Part shown: one piece after another, positions 27,727 through 42,600 of the stretch
Position numbering within the stretch: the first letter of the stretch is position 1
How the letters are laid out: every line of letters starts with the position of its first letter
Assembly (NCBI RefSeq): GCF_036365525.1
Contig: NC_090409.1
Span: 39,442,437-39,506,436 of the forward strand
DNA length: 64,000 bases
Source of the DNA: Heterodontus francisci
Lineage: Eukaryota
Reading direction: 5' to 3'
The notes under the pieces: generated by a model
Told to the model about the DNA's origin: nothing
Databases searched by the model: none
The model's input: the letters and a program-made list of their open reading frames with translations, nothing else
Position numbers and translations under genes: made by a program

Positions 27727-28218
27727 GTATTAAAGGGGTTCAGTCAGATCAACCCAGAGTCTGGTTCCTGTATTAAAGGGGTTCAGTCAGATCAACCCAG
27801 AGTCTGGTTCCTGTATTAAAGGGGTTCAGTCAGATCAACCCAGAGTCTGGTTCCTGTATTAATGGGGTTCAACCGGATCGACCCAGAGTCCGGTTCCTGT
27901 ATTAAAGGGATTCGGTCAGATGAACCCAGAGTCTGGTTCCTGTATTAAAGGGATTCGGTCAGATCAACTCAGAGTCTGGTTCCTGTATTAAAGGGATTCG
28001 GTCAGATCAACCCAGAGTCTGGTTCCTGTATTAAAGGGATTCGGTCAGATTAACCCAGAGTCTGGTTCCTGTATTAAAGGGGTTCGGTCAGATCAACTCA
28101 GAGTCTGGTTCCTGTATTAAAGGGATTCGGTCAGATCAACCCAGAGTCTGGTTCCTGTATTAAAGGGATTCGGTCAGATCAACTCAGAGTCCGGTTCCTG
28201 TATTAAAGGGGTTCAGCC
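27727..28218. repeat. 43-bp minisatellite, about 11.5 units
   Basis: gtattaaaggggttcagtcagatcaacccagagtctggttcct. Confidence 0.95.
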
Positions 28219-28319
28219 AGTAGATGGCCCCACTGTCCAGTTCAACCGGCCAATAGAAACTGAGCAACAGCACCACCAAGAGGGCGGCATTCCAGAGACA
28301 CCTTGAAGCAACTTTGAAA

Positions 28320-28690
28320 ACAAGCCTTGCATTTAAATAGCACCTTCCAGCATCTCAGGCGTTCCCAAAGTGCTTCATAGCCGATGAAGTACTGCCTATT
28401 TTTGAAGCAGTCACTGTTGTAATGTCGAAAACGTGGCAGCCAAATTTGTGGACAGCAAGATCCCACAAACATCAATGTGATACTGACCAGGTCATCTGGA
28501 ATACTGTTGGGGAGCGGGGGCACAGGGGCAGTATCAAGGGAGTGCTGTGTTGTTGGAAGGGCAGTGCTGAGGGAGTACTACACGATTGGAGGCACAGTGC
28601 GAAGGGAGTGCCACACTGTCAGAGGTGCTGTCATTTGGATGAGTCATTAACCTGAGGGCTCCATCTGCCCACTCAAATGGATGTAAAAGA
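28320..28690 (-). mobile_element. Deu-domain SINE remnant
   Basis: Reverse strand reads tttgtgggatcttgctgt..caaatttggctgc followed by an L2-like tail. Confidence 0.6.
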
Positions 28691-29909
28691 GTTCTCCGCA
28701 GATGCTGCCAGGACTGCTGAGTGTTTCCAGCACTTTTTGGTTTTATTATTTATCTCATTGATATTTGTGGGATCTTGTTCTGTGTAAATTGTCAAGAAAG
28801 ATGCTATATAAATGCAGGTCTTTCTTTAATGTAGGAACAATCTTGAAGTGATAGAAAAAACTGAAAAACTGGAATTTCCCTTTCTGAGATACATTGAACT
28901 GTTGGTTGGGGCTCTCTCCTCCTGTTGCTCTGATTTGGAACATGTTTGACTGTCCCTGTGGCCTCAAGACACACGACTTTTAATGGAATCCATACTTCAG
29001 GATAAACTAGATCTTCCTCATTGTTGTGAGTGAGTTTACTTCAGTACCCAGGACACATTGATCACTCCATTTAGTTGCTGTTGTCCTTGTTTCAGTATCC
29101 GAGACACATTGAATGTCCTCATGGCTGTGGCTTTTTCACCTCTATTATAATCCCCAATTATTTGATAAAGCTGAGTGACTTGCTCGGCCTTTTCAGAGGG
29201 CAGTTAAGAGTTAACCACATTGCTGTGGGTCTGGAGTTACTTGTAGACCAGACCAGGTAAGGACGGCAGATTTTCCTTCCCTAACAAATCATTTACCTGT
29301 TTATCTAATTAATACCTCTGGACTTCAGCTCTCTGGTCTCACTGTCTCCCACTCCCTCTCTCGGATCACTCCTTGTCTTGTGAAAGACCAGAACAGCACC
29401 TCTTCCCTCCCTGCGCCGAATTCCCTCACTCACCAAATTGTCCGAGTGAAGTACTCTGTCGCAGCAGTACGCCATCGTGCTGGCCTCCATGCTGCTCACT
29501 TGGTGTGTAAGTAAAAACCTCCTGTATTAACACTGGCACCAATTCCAAAGACCTGAGTCAGGCCCTGCTGACCGGGTAAGCAGTTATAACTCATTAACTA
29601 ACTGTGTAGCGACATGGAGGGGGGCGGGGGGGTGAAACCTTTTTGGGCAGCGAGTGTTTGGGATGTGGAATGCGCTGCCTGAGAGTGTGGTGGAGGCACA
29701 TTCAATGGTGGCTTTCAAAAGGGAATTGGATAATGATGTGAAAAGTAAAGTTGTGCAGGGGCTAGGGGGGGAAAAGGCGGGGGGGGCAGTGGGACTAGCT
29801 GAGTTGCTCTGACAGCGAGCCAGCACAGACAGGACGGGCCGAATGGCCTCCTCCTCTGCTCTCACCATTCTCTCATTCCATTCACTTCAACCCCTTTTCC
29901 CTCCAACGG

Positions 29910-30035
29910 CTTCTGCTCGCGCCGGGGGGCGGGGTCACAGCCAGCCTCCCAATCAGCGGCCGGGCCGGGCCTGTCACTCAGCGCTCGCCCCGCCCCTGGC
30001 CCCGCCCCTTGGCGGCAAGGGCTTCTCCTGGCGCC
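29910..30035. promoter_or_regulatory. Orphan CCAAT/TGTCACTCA/GC-box module
   Basis: Paralog of 14040-14150. Confidence 0.55.
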
Positions 30036-31079
30036 AGTGTGTCAGGCTCACACTGCCAAGTGTGTGTGTGTGTGTGTGGAAGCTTCACACTACTGCTCCT
30101 GTGTGTCTGCATGGATTGCAGATAGAGTTCACACAGTCTCTGCATCAGAAATAGAAAAGCTCAGCAATCTCACACAATATCAGCTGAGTCCACATTGCCT
30201 CACAGCTGATTCTTATTTCTAATCTTTACAGTGGCGAGTGTCTGACATTAAACTGAAATATCCCACAGCCTCTCTTCATATCTATCTCTTCAATTCAATC
30301 ATTATGGATCTGACTGCTGTCATAGATAATGTTTTATACACTTCCTACATTTCCTGTTCCTGATCTCTGTCTCTCCTGTTGAAATCTTGGCGCCTGTCTC
30401 GGGGAAGGAGCTGGGCTGTGATGCCTCCCACAGTCAAATAGCCTGTCTACATCCAGTGTAACACCAGAGAGGGCCTGGAGACCGCAGAACGGTCTGGAAC
30501 GAAGGTCTTGGCCATAAACGAGTTCGTTTTGGTGTGTAATGTTTATTGGACAATATATTTAAAATTTGTACAAAAAAGGGATTTGGGGGAAGTGGTTCCT
30601 GAAGATCAGGTGTTGAGGAACAAGTCTGGATCCCTGATAATGAGTTACTCTGTCAACCTCCTGATTGATCTAATGCTGGGTCAGAGGGGTTTGATCTGGT
30701 TAGGCCCCATCTGGAGTCACTGTGTTCAGTCTGGGCACCGCCCTTCAGGATGGATATATTGCCCGAGAGGGTGCAGTGCAGATTCAGCAGAATGATACTG
30801 GAGTGAAAAGGGTTAAATTACAAGGACAGGTTGCACAGACGAGGCTTGTATTCCCTTTTCTATCAAAAATTAAAAGGTGATCTAATCGCTGTGTTTAAGG
30901 TAATTAAAGGATTTGACAGGATAAATAGGAGAGCCAACACAGATTAGATGGGCTGAACAGCCTCATTCTGAGTTGTAACTATTGTTTAATTGAGTTCTCT
31001 CCCCCTCCATGCCCCATTCAGGTCAATAGCCCTGAACCAACATCACTTTAAATAAAACTGATGATCTGAATCATTATCA

Positions 31080-31235
31080 CATTGCTGTTCATGGGATCTT
31101 GCTGTGCACAAGGTAGCTGCTGCATTTCCTACATTACAACAGTAACTACATTTGAAAAAGTACTTCCCTGACTGTGAAACACTTTGGGATGTCCTGAGGT
31201 GGTGAAAGACGCTATATAAATGTAAACTCTTTCTT
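31080..31235 (+). mobile_element. Deu-domain SINE fragment
   Basis: attgctgttcatgggatcttgctgtgcacaa..gacgctatataaatg. Confidence 0.6.
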
Positions 31236-32402
31236 TTATAGAGAGTACCAGAAATGCTCACACTATCAAAGCTCGACAGTCCTGCCACATCCAGTCTTGA
31301 TCAGTAGGGAACAATTAAACAACAGGAGGAGGAGGCTCCATGAACATCTCCATCCTCCGTGATGGGGGAGCCCAGCACCAGTGAAAAAGACCAGGCTGAA
31401 GTGATCACAACCATCTTCAGCTGGAAGTGCCGACTGGATGATCCATCCCGGCCTCTTCCTGAGATCCCACAATCACAGATACCGTCATCAGACAATTCAA
31501 TTCACTCCAGTTAGGATCAAGAGACTTCCTGTCTGTACACAGCAGCATCTCTGTTCAGGCAGTGACAGACAGAGTCATTAAACATAACAAGACTGTACAT
31601 TCACTAATATTAACACTGACTTCTCTTTAATCAGAGATTAAATCAAAAATTACAAAGAGATAAGTAACATTAATTATACAGAATAGAGGTACAGATATAG
31701 ACAAAATCTATAGGACTCAGTTTCAATTGTAGAAAACATGTATAAAATATTTACAGTATAAATTACACATAAAAACAGTGACAATGAGGACCTGGACTGC
31801 AGAGAGAGAGAGATCGGAGTCCAAGATATACAAATCATTAAAAGCTGGTGAACAGGCACAGATCCTTGAATTAATAAATATTGCTCGAGTGCAAAAGTGA
31901 GGACTTTCTGGTAAACCTTCTTAAATTCACCAGTTTCAGCCTCAGCTGGAGTATTGAGTCTGGGGATCACACTTTAGGGAGGATGTCAAGGCTTTGGAGA
32001 GGAGATTTACTAGAATGGTTCCAGGGTGAGAGACTTCAGTAACAGAAACCACAGAAGGAGCCCATTCAGCCCATTGTGTCAGCACAGCCGAAAAAACTGG
32101 CCGCCCAATATAATATGTGGAGACTGGAGAAGCCACAGGCAGTTTCAATCTATAAAATATCTAGAAGATGGAATCGGTATATAAACAGTTACTGGCAATA
32201 ATGTCGCTGCTGGTTTTGCCCAGTGGATGCTGCTGCACAGAGAGTTTCTGAAGCCTCTTCCCATGTTCACCACTGTGGGAGAACCATCGCTACAAGGACT
32301 GCAGTGGTTCAGGTACAGATGGACAATAAATGGGGCCCTGCCAGTATCACCCACACTGAGAACAGGTTAATAAATGCATCACAAACTACCTGATGTTCCC
32401 AC

Positions 32403-33306
32403 TGTTTGGACCGAGGCGGGAGGAGTGCACTGTTAATTCAGTCCCGCTTCTCCACAGATCACAATATATTCTTTAGGTTTTCCATTTGTTGAAACAATTC
32501 CCCAGAATAAAACACACTAACCAGGTTTCTTTACTAAACAAAATTAACAGATTATAAAACAATTCTTAACTAGTAATGCAGTAAAATAATATCACAGATC
32601 AAATTTTTAAATATCCAACATTAGATTTTAAAATGTCCCCTTTACCTTAGTTCCTTCACACTCACACATTCCTATACATAAATCAGTTAACTGGAAAAAG
32701 AAAAAGAATTTTTAGATTAGAGCTCTGTTACAGACAAAAACACAAATAGATCACGTGTCCACCCCAAAAAGAATAGCAGATGAGACTCACTGCACCAAAG
32801 AAGCAGACAGTCCAATGTCTAAGCAACTGTTACAGAAACTTCCAGAATTAGTTCTCTTCAGGCAGTGTTGAAAAGCAATTTAGCTGGCCTTGTTAAAATG
32901 CAGGAACATGACAAATTAACATGCTGAACTTCAGAGTCTTTGAGGGAATTGAGAGTAAAAGCACTGGGTTGTAGTCTTCTGTTCTTCCTTGGAATTCTTT
33001 CCTTTTTCTGTCCTTCTTTGGCACTTTAGTAGCACTTGACTTTTGTCTCCTTCCAGAAGGTACCACACACATGCACTGACTGACAACCAAACAGCTTGGC
33101 AGTTCTCTGCCCACCCAGATGTTCTCTGTTGTTACTGGGCTTGTCAATTTCTGCCCTTTGCCATGGCTTCTGTTCTAAGCCGAGCCCAACCAGGTGACAA
33201 ACCGTTGCCAATCATCCCTCACTGTCTTCTTGAGTGAAAAACATTTAGCTTAATTATAAATTCCTTTATTTTATTAAATAATTTTTTAAAAGTCACTTTC
33301 ATAAAA
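32403..33306. mobile_element. Solo LTR-like element (duplicate of 1126-2029)
   Basis: Near-identical to the copy in unit A, CCAC TSD. Confidence 0.65.
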
Positions 33307-33658
33307 CCACTCGATCAAGAGGATATTTTGGAAGTTACCATCTCACACAGGGAGTGATCAATGGGTTACACAGCTGAAGTTGGTCCTGTGTGTTCCTGAG
33401 ACTGGGTTTGGACACAGTGTGTATCAGTAATACTGAGATATAATGTAATATCAATCAGACAGGTTTTCTAGTAAAGGGACAACACTGTCACTGGGTGATT
33501 ATCTCAAGACTCTGCTGGTCAGAGGGGTTTGTGCAGAGTGGGAAGTGATTGTTGATCCCGATCCTGAGCTCAGACTTTCCACCAGGATTCACTGGATAAC
33601 CACAATACTGGGCTGATTTTCCCCTCCCCGACCCAGGCTCAGTGCAGTGTAAACTCAG

Positions 33659-36600
33659 TTAGTGCTGGACAGCCCCGTTCCCCAGAAGGTTTTGTTCTCC
33701 AGCTGCTCCATTCTGATGCTCAGGTGCTGTTGTGAAACATGGGACCTTGTGACCTAAACAAGTCACCCCTGTCAAAGGGACGACATGAGATGCTTCATTT
33801 TGATTGATGCTGTGATGCTTTTGAACACAATTCCTGGGAGAAAAAAAACAGCAGAGTTCAGGTTACATTAAAAGAATCCAACACTTTGTACAAGTGTGTA
33901 AAGGAGCTGTTCAGGAGCACAGACCGATTAAATTACACTCAACATCCTGGGCACCAATGGCAGCTGGAAAATGGGTCACAGGAGCTGCACGGTGATGGAG
34001 CACAGAGTGTAGAGGAGAGGAGGCTTATAGAGGAGGCAATGGGCAAGAGCTGGACACTCCACAGGACCTGTGCTGACCGAGGCACCAGACCAATAGAAAA
34101 ATGACAGCTCACCTCAACATTGGAGATTAAGAAGAATTGACGAGGATCTCGGTTAACACTGAGCTGAAGATGATGGGGATCAGATCAGACAGGAGGAGGC
34201 TGGGAATGTCTGTACTCTCCACACTGATCCTGAATTATTGAGAGGAGTCACAGATGGACAGGACATTCCCTGATGTGATCAAACCCGACCCAGCAGTGAC
34301 CAAACAGGCTGACGGAGGCAGAAATATTGTGATGGGGGAAAAAGAGTCAGAGGACAGAGTTAGAGAATCTGCAATAGTTTCCCCCCCACAACTGGCAGAT
34401 GGGTAAGAGATGGGCAGGGAGATGTGGATGTTGAGGGAGGCAGAGAAATGCAACATATTTTATTGTTAGTGATCAAAACCACTGATGGTCAGGTCAAGGG
34501 ATGAGAGTGGACACAGGGTATATCACAGAAGCGGAGGTAGGTGGGATTTGAGTGATGGGGAGAATATGGAGTCAGAAGCTCAGCTCAGGGTCTGATAGGA
34601 TTCAGAGGTTGTGAACAGTCTGGTTCAGCCTCAGACAGTGGCCAGGGAGGGGATGGAGTCAGTGACTGGGGAACAGAGCAAGGATCAGAGGCTGGTGAAA
34701 AGTCAGAGGAGAGGGGACAAGGGGATTTTAGGTGTAGGCTGGTGAGTTGTTTGCTGCAGAGATTAGGCGAGTGTCTATTAACTGTGTGATAGAGGGAGCC
34801 GCACATTCCTGCTCTTCACCTTCAGTTCATTAGCTAGAGGATGACAACAAGCTGGAAGTGACTGGATAATGCAGCATTGAAACATCCCACACAGCACAAA
34901 GTGTATCAGTGTACACAACATTTCCACAACACCAAATAGAATAAAACAAAACTAGAATTAATAATGGGAACTGTCGAACATTCCGGAACTCACCATCTTT
35001 GTCGCTTTTGGATTATGATAACTATAAATCCCTGAAGAAGAAGAAAAAGAATTCCGACAACCAATCCAACTACTGCTCCAGTAGAGAGTCCAGGACCTAG
35101 AGACAGAATGAAGCGGTTAACAGACTGGGACACACTAACAAAACTAACAGCAGAGACCGTCAGCACCTAGTGTTTCAGAACCATCCTCAGTACAAACACA
35201 GTCCTGGTCAATTCAAATCATGGAGGGATGTGGGAGGTTAAATACCAATAATCTCACACACAAACACACACCAAGCCACCCACAGTTCCTTGCACACACT
35301 CACTGCCCCACAGTCTGATTGATACATGCTTTCCAATGGAGAGAACTGGACACTGACCAGCAGCAGCCTCCCTTCAAGTTGGGAAGGGAAAGGGAGTTTG
35401 GAGATGGAACAATAGCTTCCATGGGTGAGGGGTTGTTTTTTTTTTGAGGAGGGGGTGATGATGGTGGATTTAAAAGGAGGAACAGAGAATATCTGAAGAG
35501 AAAGAACCATTTAAAATACCGGCTCACGTGGGACCAGGAGGGAAAGTTGGATGATTAGTAGTTTAGCAGGAACAGGATCAAGGGAACAGGAGGTGGGTCT
35601 CATGGACAAGATGAGTTTAGAGAGGGAATGAGTGGAAATAGGAGAGAAACCAGAGAAAGATGAGAGTTCAGGGTTAGGGCAGGGGGGAGGATTATAGGAA
35701 GTTTGGCCAGGTGGGCTAATGGAAGGGAGGGACACGGCAGAGGCAGCTGATTGGATGGTCTTGATCGGACTGACAGAGCAGTCCATGAGCTCCTCGCACG
35801 TATTGTTGGACTTATTACCCATTCAGTGTGAGCATATGTAAAATCTAAAAACACAGGCAGTAGTTTAGAAACAGATTTACCTGGTACAGGTGTGTTCAGT
35901 ACAGGTGGGCAATTGCGCTCTGAAGAAAACATCATGTGTTTAGTATTGTGTGTGATGGTAGACAGGCAATTGTTAACACCTGGAGAACTAATACATAGTT
36001 TACAACAAAAATGCATTTCTTTAATGCACAAAATACCAGCAAGGAAAGTGTTCCAACCGTGGCTAACGAAAAAAAATCAAGGATTGTATTAGACCAAAGG
36101 AATTATTAGATGAAGGAAGGGCAGTGGATGATATCCATATGGACTTCAGCAAAGCCTTTGACAAGGTCCCACATGGCAGCCTGGTACAAAAGGTGAAGTC
36201 ACACGGGATCAGAGGTGAGCTGGCAAGATGGACACAGAACTGGCTTGGTGACAGAAGACAGAGGGTATCAGTGGAAGGGTGTTTTTCTGAATGGAGAGAT
36301 GTGACTAGTGGTGTTCCGCAGGGATCAGTGCTGGGACCTTTGCTGTTTGTAGTATATATAAATGATTTGGAGGAAAATGTAGCTGGTCTGATTAGTAAGT
36401 TTGAGGACGACACAAAGGTTGGTGGAGTTGCGGATAGTGATGAGGATTGTCAGAGGATACAGCAGGATATAGATCGGTTGGAGACTTGGGCGGAGAAATG
36501 GCAGATGGAGTTTAATCCGGACAAATGTGAGGTAATGCATTTTGGAAGGTCTAATGCAGGTGGGAAGTATACAGTAAATGGCAGAACCCTTAGGAGTATT

Positions 36601-39600
36601 GACAGACAGAGAGATCTGGGCGTACAGGTCCACAGGTCACTGAAAGTGGCAACGTAGGTGGATAAGGTAGTCAAGGCATACGGCATGCTTGCCTTCATCG
36701 GTCAGGGCATAGAGTATAAAAATTGGCAAGTCATGCTGCAGCTGCACCGAACTTTAGTTAGGCCACACTTAGAATATTGCGTGCAATTCTGGTCGCCACA
36801 CTACCAGAAGGACGTGGAGGCTTTGGAGAGGGTACAGAGGAGGTTTACCAGGATGTTGCCTGGTCTGGAGGGCATGAGCTATGAGGAGAGGTTGGATAAA
36901 CTCGGATTGTTTTCACTGGAACGACGGGGGTGGAGGGGCGACATGATAGAGGTTTACAAAGTTATGAGCGGCATGGACAGAGTGGATAGTCAGAAGCTTT
37001 TTCCCAGGGTGGAAGAGTCAGTTACTAGGGGACATAGGTTTAACGTGCGAGGGGCAAAGTTTAGAGGGGATGTGCGAGGCATGTTTTTTTTACACAGAGG
37101 GCGGTGAGTGCCTGGAACTTGCTGCCGGGGGAGGTGATGGAAGCAGATACGATAGCGACGTTTAAGAGACATCTTGACAAATATATGAATAGGAAGGGAA
37201 GAGAGGGATACGGACCCCGGAAGTGCAGAAGGTTTTAGTTTAGGCAGGCATCACGATAGGCGCAGGCTTGGAGGGCCGAATGGCCTGTTCCTGTGCTGTA
37301 CTGTTCTTTGTTCTTAGGAAGAGGCGTGTAAAGTTGTCAAAAAAATGTTAATCCTGAGGATTGGGAACATTTCAAAATTCTGCAAAGGAGGACCAAGAAA
37401 AAGATTAAGAAAAGGAAATAGAATAGGAGAGTATATTAGCGAGAAACATAAAAACAGACTGTAAAAGCTTCCCCAGATCTGCAAAACAGAAAAGATTAGC
37501 AAAGACAAATGTGGGTCCATTACAAACAGACTTAGGAGAATTTATAATTGGGAACAAGGAAATGGCAGAGAAAATAAAACAAATACTTTGTGTCAGTCTT
37601 CATGGAGGAAAATACTAAAAAGCTCCCAGAAATAATGGAGAATCAAGGGACTAGTGTAAACAAGGAACTGCAAGATACCAATATTAATAAACAAGTACAA
37701 GAGAAATTAGTGGGACTGAAAGTAGATAAATCCTCTGGACCTGATGATCTATATCCCAGCATGTTGAAAGAGGTGGCTGTAGAGATAGTTGATGCATTAG
37801 TGGTCATCTTTCAAAATTCTGTAGACTCTGGAATGGTTCCCGCAGACTGGAAGGTGGTAAATGTAACCCAACTGTTTAAGAAAGGAGGGAGAGAGAAAAC
37901 AGGGAACTACAGACCTGTTAGCCTAGACATCAGTTATAGGGAAAATGCTAGAATCTACAATAAAGGATGTGATAACTGGACACTTCGAAAATAATGGTAG
38001 GATTGGGCAGAGTCAACCTGGATTTATGAAAGGGAAATCATGTTTTATAAACCTGTTGGAGTTGAAGTCCCACACAAGAGGTTGGTAAACAAAATGAGAA
38101 CACATGGGATTGGAGTGAATATACTGGCAGGGATTGAGAACTGGTTAACAGACAGAAAACAGAGAGTCGGAATAAATGGGTCATTTCCAGGTTGGCAGGT
38201 TGTTACAAGTTGGATACTACAAGGAACAGTGCTTGGGCCCAGCTATTCACAATCTAGATCAATGATTTGGATGTGGGGATTAAATGTAATATTTCCAAGT
38301 TTGCAGAAGACAAAAAACTAGGTGGAAGTGAGAGTTGTGAGGAGGATGCAAAGAGGCTTCAAGGGGATTTGGAGAGGTTAAGCAAGTGGGCAAAAGATTG
38401 GATAAATGTGAGGTAATCCACTTTGGGAGGGAAAACAGAAATACAGAGTATTTCTTAAACAGTGAGAGGCTGGGAATGTTGAATTTCAAAAGGACTTGGG
38501 TGTCCTTGTTCATGAGTCACTGAAAGCTAACATGCAGGTACTGCAAGCAATTAAAACAGCTAATGGTATGTTGGTTTTTATTACAAGAGGATTTGAGTAT
38601 AGGAGTAAAGACTGCAATTATATAGAGCCTTGGTGAGACTGCATCTGGAGTATTGTGTAGTTTTGGTCTCATTACCAAAGGAAAGATACACTTGCCTCGA
38701 AGACAGTGCAACGAAGGTTCATCAAACTAATTCCCGGGATGGAGGGATTGTCTGATGAGGAAAGATTAAATGGACTGGGCCTTTATTCTCTAGAGTTTAG
38801 AAGAATGAGAGGTGATCTCATTCAAACATACAAAATTCTTACAGGTCTCGACAGGGTAGATGTAGGAAGGATGACTCCCCAGGCTGGGGGTGGGGGGGGT
38901 GGGGTCTAGAACCAGGGGACACAGTCTCAGAATAAGAGGTAAGCCATTTAGGACTGAGATTAGGAGGAATTTCTTCACTCAGAGGGTGGTGAATCTTCAG
39001 AATTCTCTGCCCCAGAGGGCAGTGGAGGCTCAATCATTGAGTATGTTCAAGACTGAGATCGACAGATTTCTACATATTAAAAATATCAAGGGTTACGGGG
39101 GTAGTGCAGGAAAATGGTGTTGAAGCAGAAGATCAGCCATGATCTCATTGAATGTCGGAACAGGCTCGAAGGGCTGAATGGCCTCCTCTTGCTCCTATTT
39201 CTTATGTAAACTGCAGAAATGTTCAAATACTCTATCGGGCTGTAGGGAAACACATCCCGGGAGGAACGAGACTCGGGACAAACAGATCAGGAAGGATCAG
39301 GAACAGGGTCGGCAGAGTGAAAAATCCAACAGGATTGCATTCACTTTGAGGGGTAGAATGGAAGTTTTCCAGAGTTACCCCCAGCAGGATCATTCCCAGC
39401 AGACTACACCCACCTGTGGAGAGAATTCCCACAGGATCCTGGGCTGACTGGGATACACTTTCAAGGTAAGTGCACTGGGTCTTGTAAAGGCTGCCTGAGA
39501 GGTGCTATGGACCCCACCTCCTTCACCCCAACATCTGGAGACAGATGTAGCATGTTTTTGGAGAGTGAGAGCAGCTTAATAGCACCGTTAACTCCTTCCA

Positions 39601-42600
39601 TCACCCAGTTTAGCAGCTCTGTCCTTCAGGGCTCAGCCAGCTCGGTCAGTGGTGGTATTACAGAGTGACCCTTGGTGATAGACAGTGAAGTCCCCACTCA
39701 GTACATTCTGTGTCCTTGTTACCCTCAGTGCTTCCTCCAAGTGGTGTTCAACATGGAGGAGAACTGATTCATCAGCTGAGGGAGGGCAGTAGGTGGGAAT
39801 CAGCAGGAGGTCTCCAGGCCCATGTTTGACCTGAAGCTGTGAGATTTCATGGGGCTCAGAGTCAATGTTGAGGAGTCCTGGAGTCACTCCCTCCTGACTG
39901 TATACCACTGTGTCCCCACCACTGGTGGGTCTGTCCTGCCAGTGGGACAGGACATACCCAGGGATGGTGATCGAGGAGTCTGGGATGTCGGGTTGATTCT
40001 GTGACTATGACTGTCTCACAAATCTCTCCCAACATGGACACCAGTCTCCAGATGTCAGTGAGGGGGACTTTGCAGTGTCAAAAGGGCTGGGTTAGCCTTT
40101 GCTGTGTCCTGATTCGATATCTGGGTCACAGCCAGTGGTCCGTTCAGTTTTATTCTTGTTTTTCTTTCTGGTGGTTTGATCCAAACTGATTGAAGTGACC
40201 GAGCAAATCAGAGGGCAGTTAAAAGTCAACCAGGTTAATGTGGGACTGGAGTCACATATAGACCAGACCAGGTAAGGATGGCAGGTTTCCTTCCCGAGAG
40301 GGACATTAGTGAACCAGTTGGGTTTTACAACAATCCAACAGCTTCATGGTCACTTTTATTGGGACCAACTTTATATTTCCAGATTTATTTTAAACTGAAT
40401 TTCAATTCTGAAAGTGGGATTCCATGGTGGGATTTGAACTCACATTCTCTGGATTATTTTTTTTAATTCATCCATGGGATGTGGGCGTCGCTGGCCAGGC
40501 CAGGATTTATTGCCCATCCCTAATTGCCCTTGAGAAGGTGGTGGTGAGCTGCCTTCTTGAACCGCTGCAGTCCAGGTGGGTTAGGTACACCCACAGTGCT
40601 GTTAGGAAGGGAGTTCTAGGATTTTGACCCAGCGACAGTGAAGGAACGGTGATATAGTTCCAAGTCAGGATGGTGTGTGACTTGGAGGGGAACTTGCAGG
40701 TGGTGGTGTTCCCATGTATTTGCTGCCCTTGTCCTTCTAGTTGGTAGAGGTCACGGGTTTGGAAGGTGCTGTCTAAGGAGCCTTGGTGCATTGCTGCAGT
40801 GCATCTTGTAGATGGTACACACTGCTGCCACTGTGCGTTGGTGGTGGAGGGAGTGAATGTTTGTAGATGGGGTGCCAATCAAGCGGGCTGCTTTGTCCTG
40901 GATGGTGTTGAGCTTCTTGAGTGTTGTTGGAGCTGCACCCATCCAGGCAAGTGGAGAGTATTCCATCACACTCCTGACTTGTGCCTTGTAGATGGTGGAC
41001 AGGCTTTGGGGAGTCAGGAGGTGAGTTACTCGCCTCAGGATTCCCAGCCTCTGACCTGCTCTTGTAGCCATGGTATTTATATGGCTACTCCAGTTCAGTT
41101 TCTGGTCAATGGTAGCCCCTAGGATGTTGATAGTGGGGGATTCAGCGATGGTAATGCCGTTGAATGTCAAGGGGAGATGGTTAGATTCTCTCTTGTTGGA
41201 GATGGTCATTGCCTGGCACTTGTGTGGTGCGAATGTTACTTGCCACTTAACAGCCCAAGCCTGGATATTGTCCAGGTCTTGCTGCATTTCTACACGGACT
41301 GCTTCAGTATCTGAGGAGTCACGAATGGTGCTGAACATTGTGCAATCACCAGCGAACATCCCCACTTCTGAACTTATGATTGAAAGAAGGTCATTGATGA
41401 AGCAGCTGAAGATGGTTGGGCCTCGGACACTACCCTGAGGAATTAGAATTAGAACATTACAGCGCAGTGCAGGCCCTTCGGCCCTCGATGTTGCGCCGAC
41501 CTGTGAAACCATCTGACCTACACTATTCCATTTTCATCCATGTGTCTATCCAATGTCCACTTAAATGCCCTTAAAGTTGGCGAGTCTACTACTGTTGCAG
41601 GCAGGGCGTTCCACGCCCTTACTACTCTCTGAGTAAAGAAACTACCTCTGACATCTGTCCTATATCTATCACCCCTCAACTTAAAGCTATGTCCCCTCGT
41701 GTTTGCCATCACCATCCGAGGAAAAAGACTCTCACTATCCAACCTATCTAACCCTCTGATTATCTTATATGTCTCTATTAAGTCACCTCTCCTCCTCCTT
41801 CTCTCCAATGAAAACAACCTCAAGTCCCTCAGCCTTCCCTCCATACCAGGCAACATCCTAGTAAATCTCCTCTGCACCCTTTCCATAGCTTCCACATCCT
41901 TCCTATAATGCAGTGACCAGAACTGCACGCAATACTCCAGGTGCGGTCTCACCAGAGTTTTGTACAGCTGCAGCATGACCTCGTGGCTCCGAAACTCGAT
42001 CCCCCTACTAATAAAAGCTAATACACCATATGCCTTCTTAACAGCCCTATTAACCTGGGTAGCAACCTTCAGGGATTTATGCACCTGGACACCAAGATCT
42101 CTCTGTTCATCTACACTACCAAGAATCTTCCCATTAGCCCAGTACTCTGCATTCCTGTTACTCCTTCCAAAGTGAATCACCTCGCACTTTTCCACATTAA
42201 ACTCCATTTGCCATCTCTCAGCCCAGCTCTGCAGCCTATCTATGTCCCTCTGTACCCTACAACACCCTTCGACACTATCCACAACTCCACCGACCTTCGT
42301 GTCATCCGCAAATTTACTAACCCACCCTTCTACACCCTCATCCAGGTCATTTATAAAAATGACAAACAGCAATGGCCCCAAAACAGATCCTTGCGGTAGA
42401 CCACTAGTAACTAAACTCCAGAATGAACATTTGCCATCAACCACCACCCTCTGTCTTCTTTCAGCTAGCCAATTTCTGATCCAAAGCTCTAAATCACCTT
42501 CAACCCCATACTTCCATATTTTCTGCAATAGCCTACCATGGGGAACCTTATCAAACGCCTTACTGAAATCCATATACACCACATCCACTGCTTTACCCTC

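Larger units (their letters stand above)
16407..31278. repeat. Segmental duplication unit B
   Basis: Colinear with unit A but more diverged; 29810-30700 matches 13930-15600 in part. Confidence 0.8.

Noticed and set aside
27727-28218. CRISPR-like array (also 11661-12437, 44335-45088, 60030-60890)
   Set aside because: Head-to-tail units with no unique spacers, no cas genes, eukaryotic context.
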